NCBI GenBank assembly: GCA_040954595.2
Contig: CM082583.2
Location: forward strand, 10,367,656 to 10,431,655
Reading direction: 5' to 3'
Origin: Balanoglossus misakiensis
Taxonomy: Eukaryota; Animalia; Hemichordata
Length of the DNA stretch: 64,000 bases
Shown: positions 13,104 through 26,700 of the stretch, in pieces
Layout: every line of letters starts with the position of its first letter
How positions within the stretch are numbered: position 1 is the first letter of the stretch
The notes under the pieces: model-generated
Database searches by the model: none
What the model was told of the DNA's origin: nothing
What the model saw: only the letters and a program-made list of their open reading frames with translations
Program-made: the position numbers and the translations under genes

Positions 13104-14746
13104 CTATCAAGTTGATTTTGAAACTTCAACAACTGCGCAATACAATGATACACAGGTACCAGATAAACTTTCGTAGTAACCGTGACTGAAAGGAGGGCAT
13201 ATCTGAAGGATTTTTTGAGGTTTGAAGTTTTTTACAAGTGACAGGAATGTTTTTATTTTAAATCAGGTGTCTTTTAGAAATTTGGGAGCTGTGATAAAAT
13301 CACAGGTTTTAATAAACATGGATGAAATAAACAAATATACTTGTCACATGTTGTCTTAATATGCTCTCATACATGTATGTATGTTGTGTGGATATTTTGT
13401 AAAAAATAATTTTATTTCAAATACCTTTTTTTCCATAGATGGCATATTTCATGATAAACCTTCAATTTCACACCTGTTCATGAGAATAAGAAATTATATG
13501 TATGTAACAAATACATGCGAATACAAGGGGAATATTTACATACTTGACAATTTGACATAGAAAAGTTAGTATATCACATACGTAAATTTCTGGCATGATT
13601 TTATAATTATATCAAACACCATCAACAATCAACCTTTCACTACAGCTACACTAATTTTAAAATTTACATTGTAAATAAGTAATACATAAGACATGTATGT
13701 ATTATCCAATAATATTTTAAATAAACTGTGCTAATCCAATGGAAATTTCAAGGTGTTATCAGTAAAACAAATTATTGACAGCCACACATTAAGGCATAGT
13801 ACATTATGTAAGTTGATGTCACCCACAGTTAAAGGCTAAGCCCATGGTTTTTGATACTTTTTGTAAATGAACCTGAAAGACAAATGACCTAAGCAGAAAA
13901 TGTACATGGGTGTCACAATATTTCCATTAGTATTGCAATGTATACACCAGAGAAAAGTAAATGTAAAAGCATCTAATGAGTTGTATTAATGACAATATAA
14001 ATAGTATAAAAATATAAAATGAAATAAAACCAGAAGACATGAAGTAGGAATAACCCTCCTCCCCTATTAATCAATATACAGTTCCCACTTCACCATAGAA
14101 AGTAATGGCTTGGTTCAAACTACGTTGTATGGTAGAGGAAGAGTTAAACCACCAGCTGCTAACAATCTGAGAACTACCATCTGCAAATATGACAACTTTG
14201 CGGGTTACTTCAAATTTTATACCAAACTCTAACAGATGAGAGAGAGGAATCTGGTTGATGAGTACAGTGATAAACTTGACAGACACAAACACTATGTTTC
14301 CTGAGACCAGAAGTAACATGTTTTAAGTATAACTTGAATATATAAAACACATCATAAATGCTAAGCATGATGTCAATCATTCCAACACTTTCTTAAATTT
14401 AATGCAGTATTCCACATTTTACTGGTTTGATGCAACTAGAATAATACTTAATTTTGACTAATTAAAACATATCATAATTCCCCTTTTTATTCCAACTCTA
14501 TACAAAGAGAATTCCAGCACCAAAAGGATGACCTGCAACCATAATAATCAATTGAATATTTATCTAGGTGATGTACCAAAATATAAGATTAATATTAGTT
14601 ACGACATTTGGAAGCATTTACCATTTTGGCACTTCACTCAGGGAAGATACAATCTACACTATCACAGGCTTATTGCAGTGAGATCTTCTTATCATATTTC
14701 TCACTGTACGACTTCACTGACTGATTTCAGTCTCTCTTCCGCTTGC

Positions 14747-17700
14747 CTAGCTAGGCAGCGAGGTTGGACCAAATGACGGCGTCGACTGCAGATGTTCCAA
14801 GAAATCTTGCGAATTCATTTGAAGCACAGGATTACCCAATGGTGTCTGCATGCCTGCACTGGTGAACGCCAAGGTCTGTGCTCTGCTGTGTGACTGGGCT
14901 ATCAGATTGTTGATTTCTTCCATCCGATTCATGACACGCTGTTGATTTCTGCAATGAGCGATAGAATTTAATAAATTGCATACAAGTCATACAAGTCTAC
15001 TGTAACTTAAAAGTGGCAAATTTCTATTAGTTAAACAACCAACAAACATCCACAAAGAACAAGGTGGTTGAATCATACCTGTCCGTGGCTAAACTGTCCC
15101 TGGATCTCTTCATATTTTGTAGAAGTTGTCTCAAACTTGTCATTTCATCATTGAGTGCCTGAATCTGGATCTTCTCAACCGATCTGAATGCCCTTTCGAT
15201 GGACAATTCATTCTCCAATGAAGCAATCTGTGGATAAATAATGTCAATAGTTGAGCAGATATTACATCAAGACACTAACATATCCCAGAGCCTTAAAGGC
15301 ATATCTGAATGATAGTTCATCAGCTCTGAAACTCACCTTTTTCTTTTCATCAGTGTCATTGCGGTTTTTGATCACTTCTTTTTGATCATCTAGTTGTTTT
15401 TGTATTTGTTTATTGAGATCAAACAGCATCTGTTCCACTTCGAGCCTTGAAAAGATTACACAAAGATATAATTGTGACACAACATATTGCTTGTTTTGTA
15501 TGAAGAGAAGGGGGAGGGGGAGGTCATAACTGAAAGGATGACCAGCCAAATGAGAATTTTGATCTCAAAGTGCTTGCTTTTTTCCTGGCAAAATACAACA
15601 TCAAGCCTTCATGCTAAACCAGTTGCTGTCTGACAGCAAATACGCCATGCTTTCCAACCAACATTTCTGTACAACGCAGTTTCTTCATACATACATACCA
15701 ACCCAATATCCTATTAGTTCATCGGCAGAGCAAGCAACTGTGTGTGTGTAGTGCAAACAATATTTGACATAAATATGACAGATAAACGGTGAGGAAAATA
15801 GAGGTGGATCAACATTGCAATGTTTGAAGGAATAGAAGACAACTGTGTTGGATGTTGCATGAGCTCACCTTGTCAAGCCTGAGATGGGCTTATGATAGTA
15901 ATGTGTCCGAGAATGAGATGGCCTGAAGTGTAACACCACATGAGTAGAGAAAGAACGAATAACCAAGAATGAGATCATGGCCTTTTGACATGCATAGATG
16001 AAAACTTAATCAGGACACTTACTGGTTTATCAGAGTGAAATCCAAGATGATATCAATTGAGAGCTATGTGAGTAAACTCTGAAATGTTGTCAATTGACTG
16101 CTAGTTGAAACAACTCACATGTAACATGTGTCATTTACATGGTATAGTTTGACACTTTACAATACTAAAGTGAAGGATGTACCGTTATGTATAAAGAAAG
16201 CAATCACGGTAGAATTGAAAGGCACTCAGGAAGTTAGGACTTGAGTAGAAAGTTACTTAGGGGTTAGTAGACAAATAAGAAAAGACATAATGAGCCATCA
16301 TTGATAAGTTTGACAGTGTTGAATTACTCTGTGTGGGGAATGATGAATTTCAGGGAAATGACAAAATGAATCAATATCAAGTCCTCAATAAATTCACTGA
16401 AAGAATTGTTGATTTGACAATACTTGCAAAAAGTTAAACATCTTGACTGCAATTAGGGACTATACCAATATGGACTGTGCATCCTAACAAAAAAGTCTTA
16501 ACAAAGTCCCCAATCCACAAATAAGCAAAAATTCTAAAACAAAGCTGAATGTTTGAATGGAAAAACATCTACATATCATCAATAATGTACAACTCTAGCA
16601 TTGAATGGCCATACTTTGACTGTAATTCTATCCTAGTTGGTTCTACGTCAAAATCTTCACTGCTTCTTCGGCTAGATGATCTGTAACCAGCAGCAGATTC
16701 TAAATCATCAAAACTCCTGCAAATAAAGTGACATCAAAGCTGAATTTTAACCTTGGTTACATAAATTACAGAATCCCAAAATTCAGAATTACAACTTTAC
16801 AGCATTTATGACCTACAAATTAAACTGATCATACTCAGAAACCAACACTGACCTTTGTGGTATAAATTTCTCTGTCCGTAGTCTGTCTTGTGTCTGGTTG
16901 AGTTGTGTCTGTAAGAGTTCTTTCTCGATGGACAATTCTCCAAGTTGTCGTTTTAATCGGAGGACTTCATGAGTCTTATCCTCTACTTGATCTCTACAAA
17001 ATTCAACATTGAGAAAAAACAGTGAAGTCGAAGCATGCTGATTTCTGTATGAAGTAAATGTACATGGGTGGCGATCGAGTGCTTAAAACATGCAAACTAA
17101 AAAGTTTCATAACAAGCATTTCCATTGTCAAGTTTACCTCTTTTTATCCAGATCTGATGTCAGATGATGAACTTGATCCATCAGTTTCCTCCTGTCAACT
17201 TCTAGTACATCACTACAAAGGAATGAATGAATGAATGAATGAATGAAAATACATCTAAGAACTAGTGAATATTCAGAAAGAACACAAACATTACTCGTGT
17301 GATATATTCAAATACACATATGAAAGTTCTTGCAAGATATGATCTTCCTCAAAAGCTAACATGTCATACCTCTTATGTGCCAACTCTGATGATAAAAATT
17401 TATTTTTCTCATTCCAACGTTCTTCTTGACTATCAAGCTGTCTTTTCAAACCTGCAACTTCAAGCTGCAATTCAAAATAGTAAAAAGAACATTCCAGTTT
17501 TACTGAAATACTTATGCCATGTCACATGAATGTCATATCTGAATAAGTAAAATTTTTTACACAGGCCTTCGTGAATGCACACAACTGTAAAGGCAAGAAA
17601 ATGAATAAATGCTAAATACCCTAAATGCTAAATTACCTGGAACTGTTGGACCTGTTCCTGTAAACTTTGTGTCCTATAATCTTTGCTATTCACATCACTC

Positions 17701-20700
17701 TCCAGGTTGTTGATAGTTTCTTGCATTTTCTGCATTCTGTCTTTCTCAAAGGTGACGGTAGTTTCTGCTTTGGATAACTTCAACTGAAGGGTGTTGATTT
17801 CTTCCTTCAGAGCGGCCTGAAATATTGAGAAATGACAAAATCTGTACTAGACATTTCACCCCCATTTCATGTACCAGGGTATAATAAAGGTAACCACAGG
17901 ATCAAAAAACGATATAATCAGACAATATTGTAAAAGCGGAAGGGTGAATCATTGCATATCTAATATTCCAAAGATTACTAAATACCTGTTTGGCTAGTAC
18001 GTACAGCAAACCAGCATATGATAAGCATGAACAGAAAGCTACCAAGGTAAGATCTAGATCTGAAGGCCTGGAATCTTACCCTCTTTTTGCGTTCTTCCTC
18101 CAACGCTCCTTTCAAACCGTGCACTTTCTGCTCAGCTAATCGACGGTTGGATCTTTCCTCAATCAGCTGATTTTTCAGCGTCGAGATCATGTTCTCCAGC
18201 AGCTTCATATCGACACCGAGCTGTGACTTGGACTCCAACGCTACTTGGTAATTCTCTTCAGCTTTTTTCAGCAGTGCCTCCGACTGTCAACAGATCAGAA
18301 TCAATAATGAATGCTTACATCATTGTTAACACTCTGTGTTTTCTTTCACTGTGATCTTATACACTGAACTACTAAGCCAAGCTGTATAAAACAAATCAAT
18401 ACAGCTGCTTGAATTCATGTTGCCTCACTAAGCGTCACAACACAAACGTACATGGCAGCTCAAAGGGGACAAAATTTAAATGTCCCTGATTTCATAATTT
18501 TTTCTTAATGTGAGCATGCAGTTATATATAAAGTTCTGTGTTTCCTGAAGCATGCTATATTATTATCCATGGATGTTCTGTACATAGCATAGACAACATG
18601 CATGAAGCATATGATTTGCTGAATGAATATTAGTGACCGTGACCTTAATCTTATTATAATAAAATTATATCTACATGTACAAAACATTGCAACAACCATG
18701 ACATTATGGATGATATGACAAAGTTCCTGAATGTAAAACAGATGTTGCCCTCATAGCCAGTCTATATGTGTATAAGACATCACTAGCAACTAATGTATAT
18801 CTACCTTGCAAATTACAACCAATGGTGCTACAAAAAGGAATGAAGGCAAGCAATTCTTGAAAAACTATCTTACATGGCCACAATATTACCAATACAAGCA
18901 AAGACCATCTCTGCAGTGACTGTGCTACGACACAGACATATTAGCTTAACTATTATACCTATCATATGACATGCTATTGTGTTTCCCATATTCCTATTTC
19001 TACACTGATCTGTTTCTATGTCTCTACACGAGTTCAGAAACAATATTCTAACCTCAATATCATCCGTCTATACATTGAAAGTATGCATTGATGTAGGATG
19101 TACATCAAAAAAAAAGGAAAGAGGTCAGAACAGAACAGGTTATGGGGTAAGATCGTACAATGAGACAGGTTTACAGAATGCATCACTTTCTACTGTGTTG
19201 GCAACAGCATCTATTTCCCTGCAACTGCATTCAATTGTTTAGTTCTTTGACACCAACTTTAAACAATCTGTCTGTGACTTACTCCCATCCTACAAATAAA
19301 TTTGAAAAATAAAAGCAATGTGATTTATATGATATAGTTCTCACTTTACCTTTGCAATACCATGAGCCAAACCTTCATGTTCTTTTTCTTTCGTCCGAAT
19401 CAAATGACCGGTTTCATCCCTTTGTTGTTTCAACTGTTGTTTGAGTATCTGATTCAATCTGTTGGCTTTCTCTAGGGCGTCCTGCAAATCTTCAATCATC
19501 TCCTCTTTGCTCTGTTTCTCAAGTTTGAATTTATTTGCCAGAAGTTTGGTCCCATTCAGTTCCTCTTCCAGAACTTTCACTTGCATTTCTGTCTCCTGGT
19601 GTTTCCCAAATCTGACGGGGAAAAACTTGCTGTCATAAATTCACAAAAAGCCTAGTAGGGCACACAGAGTGGAACACTCTACAAAACTACTTGGATGTGT
19701 GTCAGACACGTGTTATGCAAAAAAGTGTATTCTATTGGTGAGTTTTGTACCTCTGTTCTGTTTCGAATTCCTGGACGGCTTGTTTGAGTGTTATCAGCTG
19801 TGAGTCTTTCTGATCAAGTCTTTGTCTCATCAAATCACACTCTTCTTGTAAATGTTTCAGTTCCTTCCTGGCACTGTCTCGTTCCAGTTCAATCTGATGT
19901 TTTTCTCTCTCATGTTGCCTCGTAATACTGTCTGTTGACACTCCATTATGTTCTTGAATCTTAGTGATGTAATGATCCCGGTCAGATAACTTCCGAATGG
20001 TCTCTTGAAAATCTGACAAACAAAAACAACATGCAGTAATTATGTTTACTTTTCACAGTACATGTAACATTTCCCCCTTATTGCACACCAGTATACTGGC
20101 TATATAAAATCCAATGCTCATAATAACAGATTATTAAACGTATTCTTATTATTTTTCAAATCACCTCTATGTAGCTGATTTTTCTCTTGTTGTAACTGTG
20201 CTGCGTATTCATTGCTGGCTTCAACAGTCGCCTTGGATGTATCTAACTCCACCTGTAGGTCATGAATCTGATCTTGCAAACGTCTTTTTGTCGACAGCTC
20301 CTTCTGCCATTCATGCTGAAAATGTATAGACATTGAAACTTAAATTAGTAAAAAGATATTGCAAGATTTGAAATATTCAATAAAATTTCTTTTAAATTGA
20401 GTAAGGACTGCATTTGTATTTGAGCGATGGGTTCTTAACTACTGTCTATGCATCCCACAATCAACCATACATGGGTATCTGAAAAAAAAATTCACTCATC
20501 TAATTACCCTCATATTTTCACATTGCTTTCTCTCGCTCGCCAATGCTGCATTGATGACATCATGCTCCCTTCTCAAACTTTCCACTTCGATTTTGGCTGA
20601 TGCCAGGTCAAAATTCATGGACGACAGTTTGTCACTGGACTCTGAGGTATCAGATCCCATAGTCAGCTTTGCATGAGATATTTCTGAATTTAATGAGTCT

Positions 20701-23700
20701 CTTAGTTTCTCAGCAACATTCAGCTGAAATAAAAACACATAAATCATTAAATGCTAATAATATTTTGATGAACAGACTTAGCATGATAGGATCACGATTT
20801 GATGATAAAAAAAGTAAATGTCTGAACCATTTTCAATTTACTTGTTCTTTTGCAATTTTGGTCCTCAAAGGTCAGTCATCAGTACTCACCCTTGTCCTGA
20901 GTTCATTGACCTCTGCTTTCAACACTTTGTCGTCAGCCGTTTGGTGTAACTTATATTTCTCGAACTCGTCTTTAACCGCAGTAAGCTCATCTTCCAGTTT
21001 GGATTTCTCTGACTGTAACTTGTATTTCTCATTGCATAAATATTCGTTGACTTCACGGTCAGCTGCTGCTTCTTTCATCTAGAAATCAGGATTCATGAGA
21101 GTCAACAGATGTTCCATATTTTGATCAATTCACTTACTCCATCCACAAGCAGTATTCTATTACAATCATATTCCAGTTATAGAAAACTAATTTGAAAAAT
21201 TCCAAGACATGTTTACCTTGACAGTGAGTTCTCTTGTCAACCTTTCAATCTCTTCTCTATTGGATCTTGTCTCTGCCAATAATAATGCTGTTTTCTGTCC
21301 CTGAGATGTGCTGCTTTCACTCTGTTCACTAAACAAAATTAATCCCAGAAAATTCTTTGAATGTATTGTTCACCATGACAAAAGGGACAAAGATGCTCAC
21401 TTTTGACAATTTTTGGTTATTTGGCTTCTTTTGATAAAATACTTATATTGGTCTGTTCACTGAAATATGCTCAATACTGAAGACATCTTGTGGAGTGTAA
21501 TTTTCCACCACCTTATAACAACCATCACAAGATAACTACCATTCTAACCTACTTTCTATTCTACAGTAGTTACAGTACGTTAGTTTTAAGGTTTCAGTTT
21601 ACCTGGCCTGACATAGGTCAATGCTGATTGGATGGATGGTTCATGGGAAGTAACCAATGAGGTGGAGACATGGTCAATGCAAAGCATGCAAAGGAAGAAA
21701 GACATGATGTTTGTTAAACACAAAACACATGCAACAGAAGAAGATGGTGCCACATCAAACAATAGAAAAATAATGACCAGACAAAAAGGAGTTGATACAG
21801 AGCTTTATGGACCACATAGGAGAGGTCATTTCTGTTGCTGTTGTCATTTGTTTGATGGAATACAATGACCAAAATAGTGTTGATTCCGTAACACTTTATG
21901 AGATCATTTCATAATGCAATTAAAATCACCAGTGTTTTTTCATTGTCCCATTTCTGAAAAGGTGCCACCTTTTACAGATATGAATAGTGTTAGTAAGATA
22001 TATGACATTAATAAAGTACCTTCGTAGTTAATGAAATGATTGAGAAGTATTCATACTCATGATACATGTACCATATGTTACTTATTTCTAAATTGTAAAT
22101 CTGAAAATTCTTGCAAATTAACATGCACTCTTTCTGCAGTTGAAGATTAATAATTTTCACACGATGAACATTGCGTGCCATTCTAAAAAAAGATTAAAAT
22201 GCAAGACTTACGCCACAAGTGTTTGCAATGAATCAATCTGTTTCTGTCTGCCTTCAGCAAGTCTTTCTATCCCAGCCAAGTCCTGCTGCAAAGTTTCTAA
22301 CTCCAGTTGTTTGTCTTCAGCCCATCTTGTAGCTGTCTCCATCTCTTTCCTCAACGACACCACCTCCTTATTTCTCTCTTCCGTCAGTTCGTTGATGTTC
22401 TCCAACTGTTCAAGCAGTGATTTCACCTCTCTGTGTTCGGAATCGGCCAGCAGTTTGGCTGTTTCCAGCTCCTGATGCGTCTGTTCCAGTTGTCGGATCC
22501 TGTCCTCCGCAAGTCCGCTGGTGCCGACCAGTTCCTGCTGCAGGGAGTCGATCTCCTGCTCTCTGCCCTCGGCCAGTCTCTGCGTGTTTCGCAATCCCTG
22601 CTGCAACTTTCTGATCTCCTTCAGTCTCTCATCTGCTAAATTCCTGATATTGTTGAGTTCTTTCTGCAGTGATTCTGCCTGCTTTTGTCGCACTTCTGCC
22701 AAGGATTTGACAACGCTCAGTTCTTGCTCTAGTGATTCCTTCACTGTGGCCAATCTTCTCACTTCGTCTGCATCCTAATAACAAGAGTTGAAACATTTCT
22801 AAATGTTTGCACGCACGCAGTTTCTAGTCCTACTCCTGAAGCACACTGAAACACTGACTAATTCGTATGCTGTGTTGGCAGCCCTATACTAACACTGCAA
22901 TGTGCTTGTAGAAATTAAACCAGGATTTATACAATTGCTGATTGACATAATGATACCTCAGTGAGTTTTATTTATGCTGGTATAAATATGCAAGCACACT
23001 TTACCTTGGAAGCAATCATTTTATTACCACTTTCCAATCTCTTGATACACTTCTTGGCATTTTCCAACTCTCTTGATGTACTTTCCAGTTTTTTATGCAT
23101 CGTTCTTTTCTCAGTGTTGAGCTGGTTGTGTCTCTCCTTCCAGACTCTGACTTCCGACTTCAGTGATGCAAGCTGTTGGAAATAATTATTCACATGCAGA
23201 ATATGAGAAAAAATTGGTTCATTCATAAGCTCAACTATACTACCCTACTTTGAATATGATGTTGCATCCAATCACATTTTCTGAGCAGTGATGTGTCAAT
23301 TTGTTGGAACTTAAGCACTGTCTCTGCACTCAGACAGAAAGATGCTGACAGTTTGAGGTCGCCATGTCCACTTGATTACTTGAAATCCCAGCAAAGGAGA
23401 GAAAATTCAGTCAACTTTGTACCACACTCCAAGATTTGACATGCATGAATCACAAGACTTTAATATGAGTTTGTTATGGTTAGTCAAAATGAAAAGTCAC
23501 ATTCTGTATTTTTACCTTATCCTCAGAAACTGAAAGACTAGCTGCAGATGCCTGATGTACAGGGAGAAAGATGGCATACAATGATTAGAGAAGAACACAG
23601 CATGGCCCTTCAGCAGCAAACAATGATGTGAGAAACATGCCAGATACTGAAGGAACTCAAACACACATCAAATCGTGGCATTTTTGAGTCAAACATGCAA

Positions 23701-26700
23701 AGTACAAACAAGTGCAGATATAATTGCTGAACCATAGGATGAGGAAATTATACGAGATGAATGAATTACAGAAAAAAAGAAACATGCATGGTCAGAATTG
23801 ATTAATACCATTTCAAAACTACTGCTACATTATACACAGTTCATTTGCACTATTTACAAGAGTTTGATTACAACCTAAAACTTAAATCATCAAGAGATGC
23901 ACACAAGCACAATAAATTTGATATTCGCAGAACAAAAGAGAAAAACTGTGCAAAGATCACTGAAGAACTTAAACTTAATTTCTAGATTCATCCTTGTCTG
24001 TTTACTTACCTGTGAGTCTGGAGTTCTAGCCCTACTGTCTGGTGTCTTAGTTCTATCCACAGGCACGTTAGCCTCTTCCATTTGAGATGTCAGTGACAAC
24101 ACCTCACCTTCCATGGTCTCTTTGTCTGTCAACACTTTGTTGTATTCATCTCGGAGTTGCGTGATTTCAAGCTGTAGAGATTCCACCTGAAACAAAAAGC
24201 ATTGGTTGAGATTTTATGCTCTGCCAAACCTTTGCTTGCCAATATTTTGAAATTCTTCACTGGTTTCAAATTCAAACGATATGATTTACAACTGATGGCA
24301 AAACAAATTCAGCTTAACTTTTGTTGACATAAGTGACAGAAGACGTACTTGAGATTCCAAAGTCATTGCATTATTCTCTTCCCATTTGACTTCATTCTGT
24401 GCCTCGTCAAGTTGACTTTCCAGAGCCGACACTTGCTGCTCCAAATCTTCCTTCTCAAGGCTAAGTTCAGCGTTGGCTTTGTCTAAAACACCCATCTCAT
24501 TTCTCATTGATTTCACCTGCAAACATTGGACAATACATGATCACTAAAGGAGACAGATAGCATATTTTGTATACAACAAACCAAAGTCTGCAATTGCTGT
24601 AAATTTTTGCAAAATAATGCAAAAATATACTGATTTATGATGCTGGTTTATGATGGTAGGACTGCACCAAAGAGCATATTGAGGAGATGGTTACAGCTTA
24701 CAGATTATGATATCAACTAGACAATGTATCCTGAATGTGGTGATTCTGCAGAGGATTATACAGAAAATTAGAATTTGGAGTCAGCCGGTCGGAATTATGC
24801 CCAGCAGACATATACACCAAAGACATATTACATGCATACGCATATCTGTATATAAATGACAAAGGTCAGTCTGTATTTATGAAACTGAAAGGGTCAGGAA
24901 TACCATGTACAGTATGTTACTAACAATAGACTACCTGTAACTTGTGAAATCAGCAAATTTAGCCAGTCTACTCAGATCTGTCATCACATCAGTCACTACA
25001 GATATTATCTTACCTCAGCTTTGAGAGATTCAATAAGTTGATCTTTTTCATCGTTATTGAGTCTGCTCACTTTAAGTTCTGTCTGTACTTGTTGATACTG
25101 ATCTTGCATATCTGGGCCATGGTCCTGCATAGCTTGCAACCTTTCACAGTCTTCTTTGAGAGAATCCAGAGCAGATTTCAGTTTCTCTTTCTGCTGATTT
25201 TCATAGCCAAGTTGTTTGCGTAACTCCTCATTTTCCTGCTTCAGTTGTGCTGTCGAGAAAAAACCAGAGTTCAGATGAAGCTAAAAGTGAGGTGTAATTT
25301 GTGATGCTGTAAAATAGTCTTAAAACAACCAACTTCTTTTCCACTTCATTTACTACTACTAGTATTGAAATATTACATATAAAATACTAAATAAAACAGA
25401 ATCATTGATCAATACTTCACACTATCCTGGTGTATCAACCCTCATGTTGTGAACTTTACCATTAGCCAAACGGCATACAGATCCAGACAACGGTTGCAAC
25501 AAAACCTTGAAAGTCCGGAATATTAGTAGAAAACATGGCAGGAAAGACCCAAGTATCATATCCCAACGCTTACAGAAAAATCCTGATGTCGACTTGTGGA
25601 AAAAATAAATAGTACTGCACGACTCCAACATGGTTAAGCGGTTACCCAGGTTCTGCTACAAAATCCTTGATTAATACGTATGGGATGTACCGATTTACGC
25701 TGAAATTTCATTGTGAAATTTTATTGACGGCTGTTTATTGGTCGACCACTGTGTCTGTGGAAAACAGCCACTCAGAATTCAACATCATAAATGCCAATAT
25801 GGATTTGTTATGCTAATTGAGATCAAACGGGTTGCTCTCACTATATGTAAACTCGTTTGACGTCAAATGTCCTTTAAATACAAATTACCTGCCCGTTTAC
25901 ACTGAATTTCCTTCAAACATTATTTGCACGTTGATTGTGAACTGCATGAACTTTGATTGCCATAATGCTGCTCTAAACTAACACACACCTCATCCGTCAA
26001 ATGACACAACATATGGAGATTAAATCATTAAGTTCAATCAATTCTAATTTGGTTTACATCGACATAACACTTGTTCCACTAATTACACACATATATGCCA
26101 AGGACACAGGGTTGATTCACTATTCTATTTTTAACATTTTCATGGGAGAAAGTATAATATGACAGGATGAGAATGATAACAGTCATCTCTGATAGCTGTG
26201 GTCCCACATTTAGTGATTTACTTTCAGACATACAGGTGGATTCCCTTTGAACATAAACAACTATCACTGATCAAAAATTCACAGAAAATAATATGTTGCT
26301 ATATGTTCTCATTTTACCTGATGTGGAGTTTATACTGTATTTGTCCAGCTTACTTCTTGAATCCTAAATAAAATAGAAAGAATATTAAAAAACAAGCCAA
26401 TAACAACTTGCATTTGCTACATGGTAAGGCAGACATGCAATCAATATTTTACACAAAATATTGTAACCATAGCCAGAGTTTATTTAATACACATAATATT
26501 GTATTTTCTTTGTAAGATCTGATGTTCAAATGTCTGTTAATATCTCAGAAACTAATGAACCAAAATATGTACACAGCCTGGAATATGACCTATGCTGATA
26601 TTTGATCATATACAATTCTGAAATGTGCACCATATGGGAGGAGATGAAAAGAGCCACACAAAAACGTCTGTTTGTTTCTCATCCCTGTGCACAACATTAT

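Noticed and set aside
14071-14319. 82-aa minus-strand ORF, and a plus-strand exon-like stretch from ~14082, between the MFS gene and gene B
   Set aside because: No recognisable protein and no partner exon identified; lies in the 3'UTR/intergenic zone.
19283-19289. 7-nt microexon-like pattern (ttgtag|GATGGGA|gtaagt) in gene B
   Set aside because: Breaks the frame, needs a 60-nt intron, and no compensating exon was found. It could only be a poison exon, which is unsupported.
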